DNA of 14,246 nt from Bacteroidia bacterium (GTDB lineage: Bacteria > Bacteroidota > Bacteroidia > AKYH767-A > 2013-40CM-41-45), in NCBI GenBank assembly GCA_020852075.1, contig JADZBN010000048.1, positions 1 through 14,246 of the forward strand. Reading direction: 5' to 3'. The translations under genes and the position numbers were made by a program. Shown piece by piece: positions 1 through 7,743 of this stretch. Positions within the stretch are counted from its first letter, which is position 1. Each line of letters starts with the position of its first letter. The notes below the pieces were generated by a model that did not search any database, was not told the DNA's origin, and worked only from the letters and a program-made list of their open reading frames with translations.

Positions 1-57
1 AATAATGAGGGAGGGGAAGAAAAGGGAAAGGGTTTTCGCAGTCGCAGTACCGGAAGT

Positions 58-912
58 ATGGATCAGCCGTCAGGAAGCGGAAGAAAGTGGAACCGTAAAG
101 AGGACCATGAATTTTACGGACAACGTAAGTCGGGAAAAGAGAGTTATAAACGGAAACCGGTAAAGGAAAATGATGGGCTTACCCGGCTGAATAAATTTAT
201 TGCGAATGCAGGAATTTGTTCAAGACGTGAGGCGGATGAACTGATTGAAGCAGGAGTAATATCGGTCAATGGCAGGGTCGTTACCCAATTGGGGTATAAA
301 ATTCAACCGGGTGATACGGTCAAATACAATAATGAGGTCCTCAGGGGCGAGCGGATGGTCTATATCCTGCTGAACAAACCCAAGGATTTTATTACTACTA
401 CCGATGATCCGGAAAACCGGAAAACTGTAATGAACCTGATAGCCAAAGCCTGCCGCGAGCGCGTGTATCCGGTTGGAAGGCTCGACCGGAATACTACCGG
501 CGTATTAATGTTTACCAATGATGGTGACCTTGCGGATAAACTGACTCATCCATCCTTCCAGGTTCACAAGGTGTACCAGGTTGAACTGGACAAAGGATTG
601 AAGCCCGGAGACATGCAGCAGGTGAGGGAAGGAGTTCAACTGGATGATGGATTTATCAAAGTGGATGAGATAGCCTGGCTGGGGGCTGATAAAAACATAT
701 TAGGGGTGGAGATTCATTCGGGGAAAAACCGAATTGTCCGCCGCATATTTGAGCACCTGGATTACAAGATCAGGAAACTGGACAGGGTAGTATTTGCCGG
801 ACTTACAAAGAAAGATTTACCTCGTGGTCGTTGGCGTTTCCTTACGGAGATGGAAATAGCAAGTCTTAAAATGATGACAGGCAGCCGAAAAAAAACAGTA
901 CCGGCCTCCTGA
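58..912 (+). CDS. rluB: 23S rRNA pseudouridine synthase of the RsuA/RluB family, with an S4 RNA-binding domain. The reading frame stays open to the window edge, so the true start may lie upstream.
   Basis: S4 domain: LTRLNKFIANAGICSRREADELIEAGVISVNGRVV. Catalytic-aspartate motif GRLDRNTTGVLMFTNDG. A basic low-complexity N-terminal extension (GRKWNRKEDHEFYGQRKSGKESYKRKPVKE). The frame at 58 has no in-frame stop back to nt 1. Confidence 0.8.
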   Translation: MDQPSGSGRKWNRKEDHEFYGQRKSGKESYKRKPVKENDGLTRLNKFIANAGICSRREADELIEAGVISVNGRVVTQLGYKIQPGDTVKYNNEVLRGERMVYILLNKPKDFITTTDDPENRKTVMNLIAKACRERVYPVGRLDRNTTGVLMFTNDGDLADKLTHPSFQVHKVYQVELDKGLKPGDMQQVREGVQLDDGFIKVDEIAWLGADKNILGVEIHSGKNRIVRRIFEHLDYKIRKLDRVVFAGLTKKDLPRGRWRFLTEMEIASLKMMTGSRKKTVPAS

Positions 913-917
913 CCTTC

Positions 918-2885
918 TCATCGGAGGATATCTATACCCAGGATTTTTGAAATCGCCATTTTAACGGCCTCCAGTTGCTTGTGTTTTTCGAGCAGTTCAT
1001 TGAAATCATCTCCTTTTTCCTGAGCTTCACGGATTTCTTTCTGATTTTTTTCCAGCATTCTCAGAACCTTTTTCTTCTTCAGGTAATAGATGGATTTCTC
1101 AACCGATTTTTTCAGATAATCCTGCTCTTCATGTACTTCAATATGGTGCATATCCATCCAGTTTTCACTCAGGAAATAAGGGTTGCTCAGCAATTCAACG
1201 GAGATCCGGCTCACTTCGGGTTCGGGGGAATTGAGAAATGAATTAATGTCAATATCCGCGTCCTGATTCACCATTTCAGAGAAAAGCCTGAGGATGGAAT
1301 TATATCCCTGGTTTTCGAATGAGATATCATCCTGAACAATCTCATCAATTATATACCGGCGGACGGGAACCTGATAGGTTTGTATCTGCTTGTGTGATGA
1401 TGTTTCAGACTCAGGGTTTTCTTCGTCAAATTGCAGCAGGTGATTCGGAAAATTAAGCAGAAGCCGGATGATATTTGACTCCTGGCTTTCGGTTGAAAAT
1501 TCTTCCTGCAGTTGCCTGTGCGGCCTCAGGATTTCAGGCAGCAATTCCTCCACGTCCTGCCCCGGGCTTTCCTTTTTTGCCAGTTTACGACGGAATTTAT
1601 TCATTTCCCCAATCAGTACCTGCTCCTCAATTTCCATCATGGTACTGCATTGCTTGATGTAGGTGGTCCGGATGATGTGATCGGGGATCAGGGCAATGGT
1701 TTCCACAATTTCCCTGACAAGTCCTGCCTTACGAACCGGGTCGTTCTGTACCTCCCCGAGCAGAAGCCCTGTTTTGAAAAGAATGAAATCCTTCGCGTGC
1801 GAATGGATGAATTCTGCAACTTCACTGTTGCTGTGTTTCCTGCTGAATGAATCAGGATCGTCTCCGTCCGGAAACAATACCACCCGGACATTCATGCCTT
1901 CTTCGAGAATCAGCCCGGTGCCACGAAGAGACGCTTTAATGCCTGCCTCATCTCCATCATACAATATGGTAATGTTCTTTGTGTACCTGCTGATCAGACG
2001 GATCTGCTCAACGGTAAGTGAAGTACCTGAAGAAGCAACGACATTCTCAATACCGGCCTGGTGAAGGGAGATAACATCTGTATAACCTTCTACGAGAAAA
2101 CAATTGTCCCGCTGGACAATGGCTTTCCGTGAAAAATAAATACCGTACAGTGATTTGCTCTTATGATAGATTTCCGATTCGGGAGAATTGACATATTTCG
2201 CCGTCTTTTCATTTTTTTTCAGCACCCTGCCTCCGAATCCTATGATTCTGCCGCTAAGGTTGTGTATGGGAAACATGCCGCGGCCCCTGAAACGGTCATA
2301 CAAAGCCCCGGATTCATTTTTTACCGAAAGGCCTGTTTTTTCGAGATATTCTTCCCTGTACCCCTGACGTATCGCTTCATTGGTAAATGTGCTTCCCTCC
2401 GCGGTGGAATATCCCAACTGAAACTTGCGGATGGTTTCATCACTGAAACCTCTTTCATGAAAATAACTCAGGCCGATGGCAATGCCTTCACCGGAAGCTG
2501 TCAATTGATCAGAAAAAGTTTTCCTGGCATAGTCGTTCAGAATAAACAGACTTTCTTTTTCGTCCCGTGCCGCTTCTTCTGCCGGATCAGGAGCAGTTTC
2601 TTCAATGTCAATGTTGTATTTCTTTGCCAGGTACTTTAAAGCTTCGGGATAACTGTAGTGCTCGTGCTCCATGACGAAGTTCACGGCATTTCCACCTTTC
2701 CCGCATCCAAAACACTTGTATATATTCCTGGTGGGATTTACATTGAAGGACGGTGTCCTTTCATCGTGAAAGGGACATAAACCAATCAGGTTCACACCCC
2801 TTTTTTTGAGCTGTACAAAGTCCCCTACGACTTCCCCGATCCGGACGGTCTCAAATATCCGGTCTATACTTTCCTTGGTGATCAT
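918..2885 (-). CDS. dnaG: DNA primase DnaG
   Basis: N-terminal zinc-ribbon CPFHDERTPSF...YKCFGCGKGGNAVNFV. Toprim core EGYTDVISLHQAGIENVVASSGTSLT and DGDEAGIKA. Length of 655 aa is typical. The start ATG overlaps the upstream gene's stop as ATGA (2882-2885). Confidence 0.93.
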   Translation of the reverse strand: MITKESIDRIFETVRIGEVVGDFVQLKKRGVNLIGLCPFHDERTPSFNVNPTRNIYKCFGCGKGGNAVNFVMEHEHYSYPEALKYLAKKYNIDIEETAPDPAEEAARDEKESLFILNDYARKTFSDQLTASGEGIAIGLSYFHERGFSDETIRKFQLGYSTAEGSTFTNEAIRQGYREEYLEKTGLSVKNESGALYDRFRGRGMFPIHNLSGRIIGFGGRVLKKNEKTAKYVNSPESEIYHKSKSLYGIYFSRKAIVQRDNCFLVEGYTDVISLHQAGIENVVASSGTSLTVEQIRLISRYTKNITILYDGDEAGIKASLRGTGLILEEGMNVRVVLFPDGDDPDSFSRKHSNSEVAEFIHSHAKDFILFKTGLLLGEVQNDPVRKAGLVREIVETIALIPDHIIRTTYIKQCSTMMEIEEQVLIGEMNKFRRKLAKKESPGQDVEELLPEILRPHRQLQEEFSTESQESNIIRLLLNFPNHLLQFDEENPESETSSHKQIQTYQVPVRRYIIDEIVQDDISFENQGYNSILRLFSEMVNQDADIDINSFLNSPEPEVSRISVELLSNPYFLSENWMDMHHIEVHEEQDYLKKSVEKSIYYLKKKKVLRMLEKNQKEIREAQEKGDDFNELLEKHKQLEAVKMAISKILGIDILR

Positions 2886-3886
2886 AGAACAGCCATTCTT
2901 TTATACCGGGAAGTTTTTGATTTTTTGGGTAGTGCAGAATTAATGAATTCAGTGATCCGGTTGTAATATTGTTCACCGGCATTTTCCTCAAGATCATTCC
3001 GTCCGGCATTCCTGATCAAAAGTAACTGTTTTTGTATTGCCACTGAAGAGTCCTGAATTGCAAGGACTTCCGTGGGAAATACCAGTGCATCCTGGCTGCC
3101 GGTAATGAACAAGGTGGGTGTTTTTACTTCCTTTGCCAGGCGGGTCAGATCCAGTTCAGACACCGGAAATTCAAGCAGCCTTTCGATTTTCCTTCTCAGG
3201 ATTTCTTCCCATAGAAAAGTCATGCTGCCCCATTTTTTATAAGCATACCGTGCAAGATAGGTGTCCAGCCTGTTGAAGGGGCTTTGCAATATGAGTACTT
3301 TGTAACGTCCATCGTAAACAGCAGCCTGCATGGCAATGGCGGCGCCCGAACCCATACCCATCAGAACGAGGTAGTGTGTTCCGGGAATACTGAGGATCCG
3401 GTCAGTGATGCGGATCACATCCCGCACTGAAGGCAATCCGAGGGAAAACTCATTCCCGCCGCTTGTACCATGAGCCCTCAGATCAAAAACACAGACATTG
3501 AGTCCGCGGTCATGAAATTGTTTGATATGATCCAGCAGGGAAATCCGGCTCTCATTCAGGTCGTGGAGAATCAACAGGGTATTGGCGGGGGTATCGGCTG
3601 CTGCAACAAACCATCCGTCAAGTGCAATCCCGTCATCAGAAATTACCCTGAGCGTATCATAGGGCAATCCAAAAGACATGGGGGTGAAAAAAGTCCATTC
3701 GGTATCCCGTTCGTCTTCATTCCCGGGGTTTTCACGAACCGGATCCGAATACAGCCTTGCATACACCGAATCTACCCTGACCGGATATATGAGATCGGGG
3801 CTGATTAGGGAGGGAGAGAGGTACATGAATGCCCCGGCAAAAATCATCAGCGCCGATACCAGGTAATAAAAGCGGTTCAGGTTCAT
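2882..3886 (-). CDS. Membrane-anchored alpha/beta-fold hydrolase (predicted esterase/peptidase-like). It is translationally coupled to dnaG.
   Basis: N-terminal hydrophobic helix (YYLVSALMIFAGAFMYL). HGTSGG oxyanion-type region. Nucleophile-elbow-like LVLMGMGSGAAIAMQ. Downstream acidic and His-containing segments consistent with a catalytic triad. Its stop TGA overlaps the dnaG ATG. Confidence 0.7.
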   Translation of the reverse strand: MNLNRFYYLVSALMIFAGAFMYLSPSLISPDLIYPVRVDSVYARLYSDPVRENPGNEDERDTEWTFFTPMSFGLPYDTLRVISDDGIALDGWFVAAADTPANTLLILHDLNESRISLLDHIKQFHDRGLNVCVFDLRAHGTSGGNEFSLGLPSVRDVIRITDRILSIPGTHYLVLMGMGSGAAIAMQAAVYDGRYKVLILQSPFNRLDTYLARYAYKKWGSMTFLWEEILRRKIERLLEFPVSELDLTRLAKEVKTPTLFITGSQDALVFPTEVLAIQDSSVAIQKQLLLIRNAGRNDLEENAGEQYYNRITEFINSALPKKSKTSRYKRMAVL

Positions 3887-3893
3887 TTTCCGG

Positions 3894-4871
3894 TTAATGC
3901 GTCCTTTCGGTAGTGAACATCACCAGATCTCTCAGTGATTTTCTGTAAACAGAATCGGGATAGGTTTCCAGCATGCTAAATGCCTTTTCCCTGTATTCAT
4001 GCATGCAATGCTCTGCATATTCAATACCACCTGAATTTTTTACAAATTCAATCACCTGCTTTATCCCTGGTTCCTCTGTATTATGATTCCTGATGGTATT
4101 AATGATCCTTCTCCTCTCTGGTTTGCCAGCCTTACTCAGGGCATGAATGAGTGGCAGCGTCATTTTGCTTTCCCGGATATCAATACCAACCGGTTTCCCG
4201 ATTTTTCCTGAAGGACCGTAATCAAACAGGTCGTCTTTAATCTGGAAAGCAATCCCTATCCATTCACCGAACTGGTGCATCTCGAGTACTTTTTCATCAG
4301 ATACACCGGCAGCAGCAGCGCCACAGGCACAACAGGAAGCAATCAGGGAAGCGGTTTTTTGACGGATGATTTCAAAATACACCGGCTCCTCGATATCCAG
4401 ACGCCGTGCTTTTTCTATCTGTAAAAGTTCTCCTTCGCTCATTACCCGGACCGCATCGGAAACAATTTTCAGCAGGTTGTAATCCTGATGACTGATGGAA
4501 AGCAGCAATCCTTTACTGAGCAGATAATCGCCTACCAGGACAGCAATTTTATTTTTCCATAATGCATTCAGCGAAAAAAACCCACGCCTTTCATTGGAAT
4601 CATCCACGACATCATCATGAACCAGGGTGGCTGTATGCAGCAGTTCTATAAGTGCAGCAGCCCGGTAACTGGTTTCATTGATTCCGCCACAAAGACCACT
4701 GGAAAAAAACACGAACATCGGCCGCATTTGTTTTCCTTTTCGTTTTACAATATAATGCGTGATGCGGTCCAGCAATGGAACCTGACTTTTCATGGATTCG
4801 CGGAATTTTTTTTCAAACTCCTCCATTTCACCTTTAATCGGTGCTTTGATATCATCCAGGTTCAGAGACAT
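3894..4871 (-). CDS. ispB: All-trans polyprenyl (octaprenyl/solanesyl-type) diphosphate synthase. Start is chosen at MSLNLDD; the longer ORF to 4973 would overlap rlmN by 41 nt.
   Basis: First aspartate-rich motif LLHTATLVHDDVVDDS. Second motif GIAFQIKDDLFDY. At ~325 aa from the MSLNL start it matches the family length. A 7-nt gap separates it from the downstream hydrolase. Confidence 0.82.
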   Translation of the reverse strand: MSLNLDDIKAPIKGEMEEFEKKFRESMKSQVPLLDRITHYIVKRKGKQMRPMFVFFSSGLCGGINETSYRAAALIELLHTATLVHDDVVDDSNERRGFFSLNALWKNKIAVLVGDYLLSKGLLLSISHQDYNLLKIVSDAVRVMSEGELLQIEKARRLDIEEPVYFEIIRQKTASLIASCCACGAAAAGVSDEKVLEMHQFGEWIGIAFQIKDDLFDYGPSGKIGKPVGIDIRESKMTLPLIHALSKAGKPERRRIINTIRNHNTEEPGIKQVIEFVKNSGGIEYAEHCMHEYREKAFSMLETYPDSVYRKSLRDLVMFTTERTH

Positions 4872-4932
4872 AAGGGTTACGAAAATACGGCAAAAACCCG
4901 GATACGGAGAGCAAATTCCCCTGACAGAAACT

Positions 4933-6042
4933 TTAATTATTCCTTTGGCCGGTGGAAGAGTCCCTGCATTCATCCGGATCTTGTTTCATCCGGGCGGATG
5001 CGGGTTTGTTCTTATTGGCCAGTTGCCCGCAGGCCGCATCAATGTCCTTTCCCCTTGAACGGCGGATGTTTACAATGATACCGTTCTTTTCAAGATAGTT
5101 CTTAAACACTTCAATTTTATCCTCCCTTGCATTTTGAAATTCCCCGCCTTCAATTGGATTGTATTCAATAAGATTCACTTTTGCTTTTATCCTCCTGCAG
5201 AATGCGGTAAGTTGCCGGGCATCTTCCGGTTCATCGTTGAAATGATTAAATACAATAAATTCAAGAGTTACTCTTGTTCCGGTCTTTTTATGGAAATGAT
5301 TGATGGCATCCGCAAGTGTATCCAGGGAATTGTGTTCATTGATGGGCATGATACGGTTTCGCTTGTCATCATTGGCGGCATGAAGCGACAGGGCAAGATT
5401 GAATTTCACCTCATCATCACCCAGTTTGTGAATCATTTTGCTGATACCTGCCGTACTTACCGTAATCCGCTGAGGCGACATGCCCAATCCATCCGGTGAG
5501 GTAATCCTTTCGATACTTCGCAGCACATTTTGATAATTCAAAAGAGGCTCTCCCATGCCCATATACACAATATTACTCAGGGGGAAACCGTACTTTTCAC
5601 AGGACTGATCATTCATCAGAACGACCTGGTCCACAATTTCTGCCGCTTCAAGGTTTCTCACCCGTTCGAGCCTGCCGGTAGCGCAGAAGGTGCAAGACAG
5701 GCTGCATCCTGCCTGAGAAGAAACACAGGCCGTCATCCGTGTTTCAGCAGGAATGAGAACCCCTTCAATGATGTTACCGTCGTGCAGGCGATATACATTT
5801 TTTATGGTACGATCCCGGCTTACCTGGTACGAATCCAATGCTACCGGTAATATGGAAAAGTCATTTCCAAGTTTTTCACGGATGGCTTTGCTGAGGTTAC
5901 TCATTTCTCCGAAGGACCGCGTACCCCGTTGCCAGAGCCATTCCCAAACCTGCCGTGCACGGAAGGAGGGCTCTCTCTGGCGTGAAAACCACTCTGAAAT
6001 CTCATCAAAGCTGAGCGTACGTATGTCTCGGGTCCGGTTCAA
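4933..6042 (-). CDS. rlmN: Radical-SAM 23S rRNA (m2A2503)/tRNA methyltransferase RlmN. The ORF track's start corresponds to a TTG codon.
   Basis: Radical-SAM cluster motif GCSLSCTFCATG. MGMGEPLLN motif. Length of 369 aa. The first codon at 6040-6042 reads TTG on the minus strand, with no nearby in-frame ATG. Confidence 0.88.
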   Translation of the reverse strand: MNRTRDIRTLSFDEISEWFSRQREPSFRARQVWEWLWQRGTRSFGEMSNLSKAIREKLGNDFSILPVALDSYQVSRDRTIKNVYRLHDGNIIEGVLIPAETRMTACVSSQAGCSLSCTFCATGRLERVRNLEAAEIVDQVVLMNDQSCEKYGFPLSNIVYMGMGEPLLNYQNVLRSIERITSPDGLGMSPQRITVSTAGISKMIHKLGDDEVKFNLALSLHAANDDKRNRIMPINEHNSLDTLADAINHFHKKTGTRVTLEFIVFNHFNDEPEDARQLTAFCRRIKAKVNLIEYNPIEGGEFQNAREDKIEVFKNYLEKNGIIVNIRRSRGKDIDAACGQLANKNKPASARMKQDPDECRDSSTGQRNN

Positions 6043-6249
6043 GCTGCAAAAATACGAAAAGGCCTCAGGCCCTGAATGGCTGCTGGTGATTTCAGGAAAT
6101 TCATGCTATCCTTTTGCAAAGGCTGAAGCCTGCTCCGGACAGGAGATGAATTCATTCAAAATGAAAACATCATAAAAATTCAGAAGCAAAACAGACGAAT
6201 CTGCTCATATTCCTTCATATTTGTAATCCTTTTATCATCATCTATATCT

Positions 6250-7431
6250 ATGATTGTCCTGACAGCAGATTGGATTTTTCCGGGGAAGGGAGAGCCGTTA
6301 AAAAACGGATTTCTGGAAATTACGGATGACGGCCGGATAATCAGGTTAACACAGGAAAGGCCAACCGCGGATGGTGATGAGAAAGTTCAGGTGTTACATG
6401 GAATCATTTGCCCGGGCCTTATAAATTGCCATTGTCACCTGGAACTGTCCCACATGAAGGGGAAGATTCCTGAAGCAACAGGATTGCCCGGTTTTTTAAA
6501 GGAGGTGGTAAAAACGCGAAAGGCGGAGGAAGAGGACATCCTTCTTGCGATGGAGGATGCAGACCGTGAGATGTGGAAAAATGGAATGATTGCTGTCGGA
6601 GATATTTCAAATACCCCTGCCAGCATACCTGTAAAGCAGCAGAGCCTGATTCGGTACCATACTTTTGTGGAGGTATTTGATCTGTCACCTTTCCGGGCAG
6701 TAGAGGTGCTGAAAAATGGGTTAAAGACGGAAAGGGTATTCAGAGAGGCAGGACTTTCCGCCTCGGTCAGCCCCCATGCCACGTATAGTGTTTCAGAAAA
6801 ACTGATGCAACTTCTCGGAGAAAGTTTTTCGGGAAGAGAAATTCCACTGACGATACACAACCAGGAAACTCCTGCGGAGGACGAAATGTTTCTGAAAGGG
6901 ACCGGAACATTGCTCGGCTTTCTCCGTGAGGCTGCACCGGATTATGAAGATTGGAAGGCAACAGGAAAATCCGCTCTTCAGTCATGGATACCACGGTTTC
7001 CATCATGGGCCAGGACGCTGCTGGTACACAATACATACTCCAGTCAGGATGATATACGCCGGGCACAATCGTACTGCAGTCATCCCTGGTGGTGCTTTTG
7101 CCCAAATGCCAACCGTTTTATTGAAAACAAGCTTCCCGATATTCCGGCATTCATAAAGGAGGGTGCCTCCATTACCCTTGGCACGGACAGCTATGCCTCA
7201 AACCATGCGCTGTCCTTATTGGAGGAAATGAAAACCATCCAGGAAGCCTGGCCTTCGGTCAGTACCTGGCAGATCCTCGAATGGGCAACAGGCAATGGAG
7301 CAACATTTCTGGGACTGACTCATGAATTGGGATCCTTTACACACGGACGGCGACCGGGAATAAATCTGATTCAACTTGCGGATAACAACCGGCCTGAATT
7401 AAAGGGCTCCAGCCTGTCAAGGCTGTTCTGA
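6250..7431 (+). CDS. Metal-dependent amidohydrolase-superfamily protein (chlorohydrolase/deaminase-like). Substrate unknown.
   Basis: N-terminal metal-binding HxH (LINCHCHLELSHM). C-terminal ITLGTDSYASNH, i.e. the GTD...H/D pattern typical of the amidohydrolase fold. Length of 393 aa. It is divergent from rlmN. Confidence 0.72.
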   Translation: MIVLTADWIFPGKGEPLKNGFLEITDDGRIIRLTQERPTADGDEKVQVLHGIICPGLINCHCHLELSHMKGKIPEATGLPGFLKEVVKTRKAEEEDILLAMEDADREMWKNGMIAVGDISNTPASIPVKQQSLIRYHTFVEVFDLSPFRAVEVLKNGLKTERVFREAGLSASVSPHATYSVSEKLMQLLGESFSGREIPLTIHNQETPAEDEMFLKGTGTLLGFLREAAPDYEDWKATGKSALQSWIPRFPSWARTLLVHNTYSSQDDIRRAQSYCSHPWWCFCPNANRFIENKLPDIPAFIKEGASITLGTDSYASNHALSLLEEMKTIQEAWPSVSTWQILEWATGNGATFLGLTHELGSFTHGRRPGINLIQLADNNRPELKGSSLSRLF

Positions 7432-7683
7432 ATTATGGGAGGATTTATAAACATGCGGGAAAATACCAGAAACCATGTGCTGAAAAATGCGCATTGGGAG
7501 GTACCTGAGAAAAATGATGCTTTTTACAGCCAAAACATTCACGGAGAAAAGTGTAATTTTCGCCCCAAAATAGTTTCGAAAAAATGCTAAATTCCGGGTT
7601 AAAATAAGCCTCAAAAAGAAACGTTTTTTGAATAATCCGGTATAATTCATTTGAAATTTAGAAAAATTCGATAGGTTGCACAG

Positions 7684-7700
7684 GTCAATAATTCATTGAC
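7684..7700. promoter_or_regulatory. Perfect inverted repeat GTCAAT-AATTC-ATTGAC about 45 bp upstream of the DD-carboxypeptidase start. It overlaps a putative -33 region, and a TAttTTTa -7-like element lies at 7719-7726.
   Basis: Read directly from the sequence: 6-bp arms with a 5-bp spacer. Position is consistent with an operator over the promoter of the 7744 gene. Confidence 0.3.
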
Positions 7701-7743
7701 AAAGGCTGCGATTTTTCGTATTTTTAAAAGAATCGGTTTATAG

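Noticed and set aside
975-2639. Plus-strand ORFs (975..1241, 1468..1662, 1475..1657, 1512..1850, 1696..2064, 2163..2639) and the minus ORF 1688..1891 inside dnaG
   Set aside because: They lie within or antisense to the well-supported primase CDS. Their translations are low-complexity (F/L/S-rich) with no motifs, so they are shadow ORFs.
3470-3866. Plus ORFs 3470..3808 and 3678..3866 inside the hydrolase gene
   Set aside because: Antisense shadow ORFs of the alpha/beta hydrolase CDS.
4872-4973. 34-codon 5' extension of ispB (MNAGTLPPAKG...)
   Set aside because: It would overlap rlmN by 41 nt and has no counterpart in polyprenyl synthase N-termini. The internal ATG at 4871 (MSLNLDD) gives a family-typical ~325-aa protein.
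4617-5078. Plus ORFs 4617..5078 and 4792..5058 spanning the ispB/rlmN junction
   Set aside because: Antisense to two strongly supported genes. No features.
5134-6175. Plus ORFs 5134..5499, 5530..5850, 5753..6175
   Set aside because: Shadow ORFs antisense to rlmN.
6419-7156. ORFs 6419..6688(-), 6435..6860(-), 6767..7105(-), 6926..7156(+)
   Set aside because: They overlap the amidohydrolase CDS, which has clear fold motifs. No supporting features.
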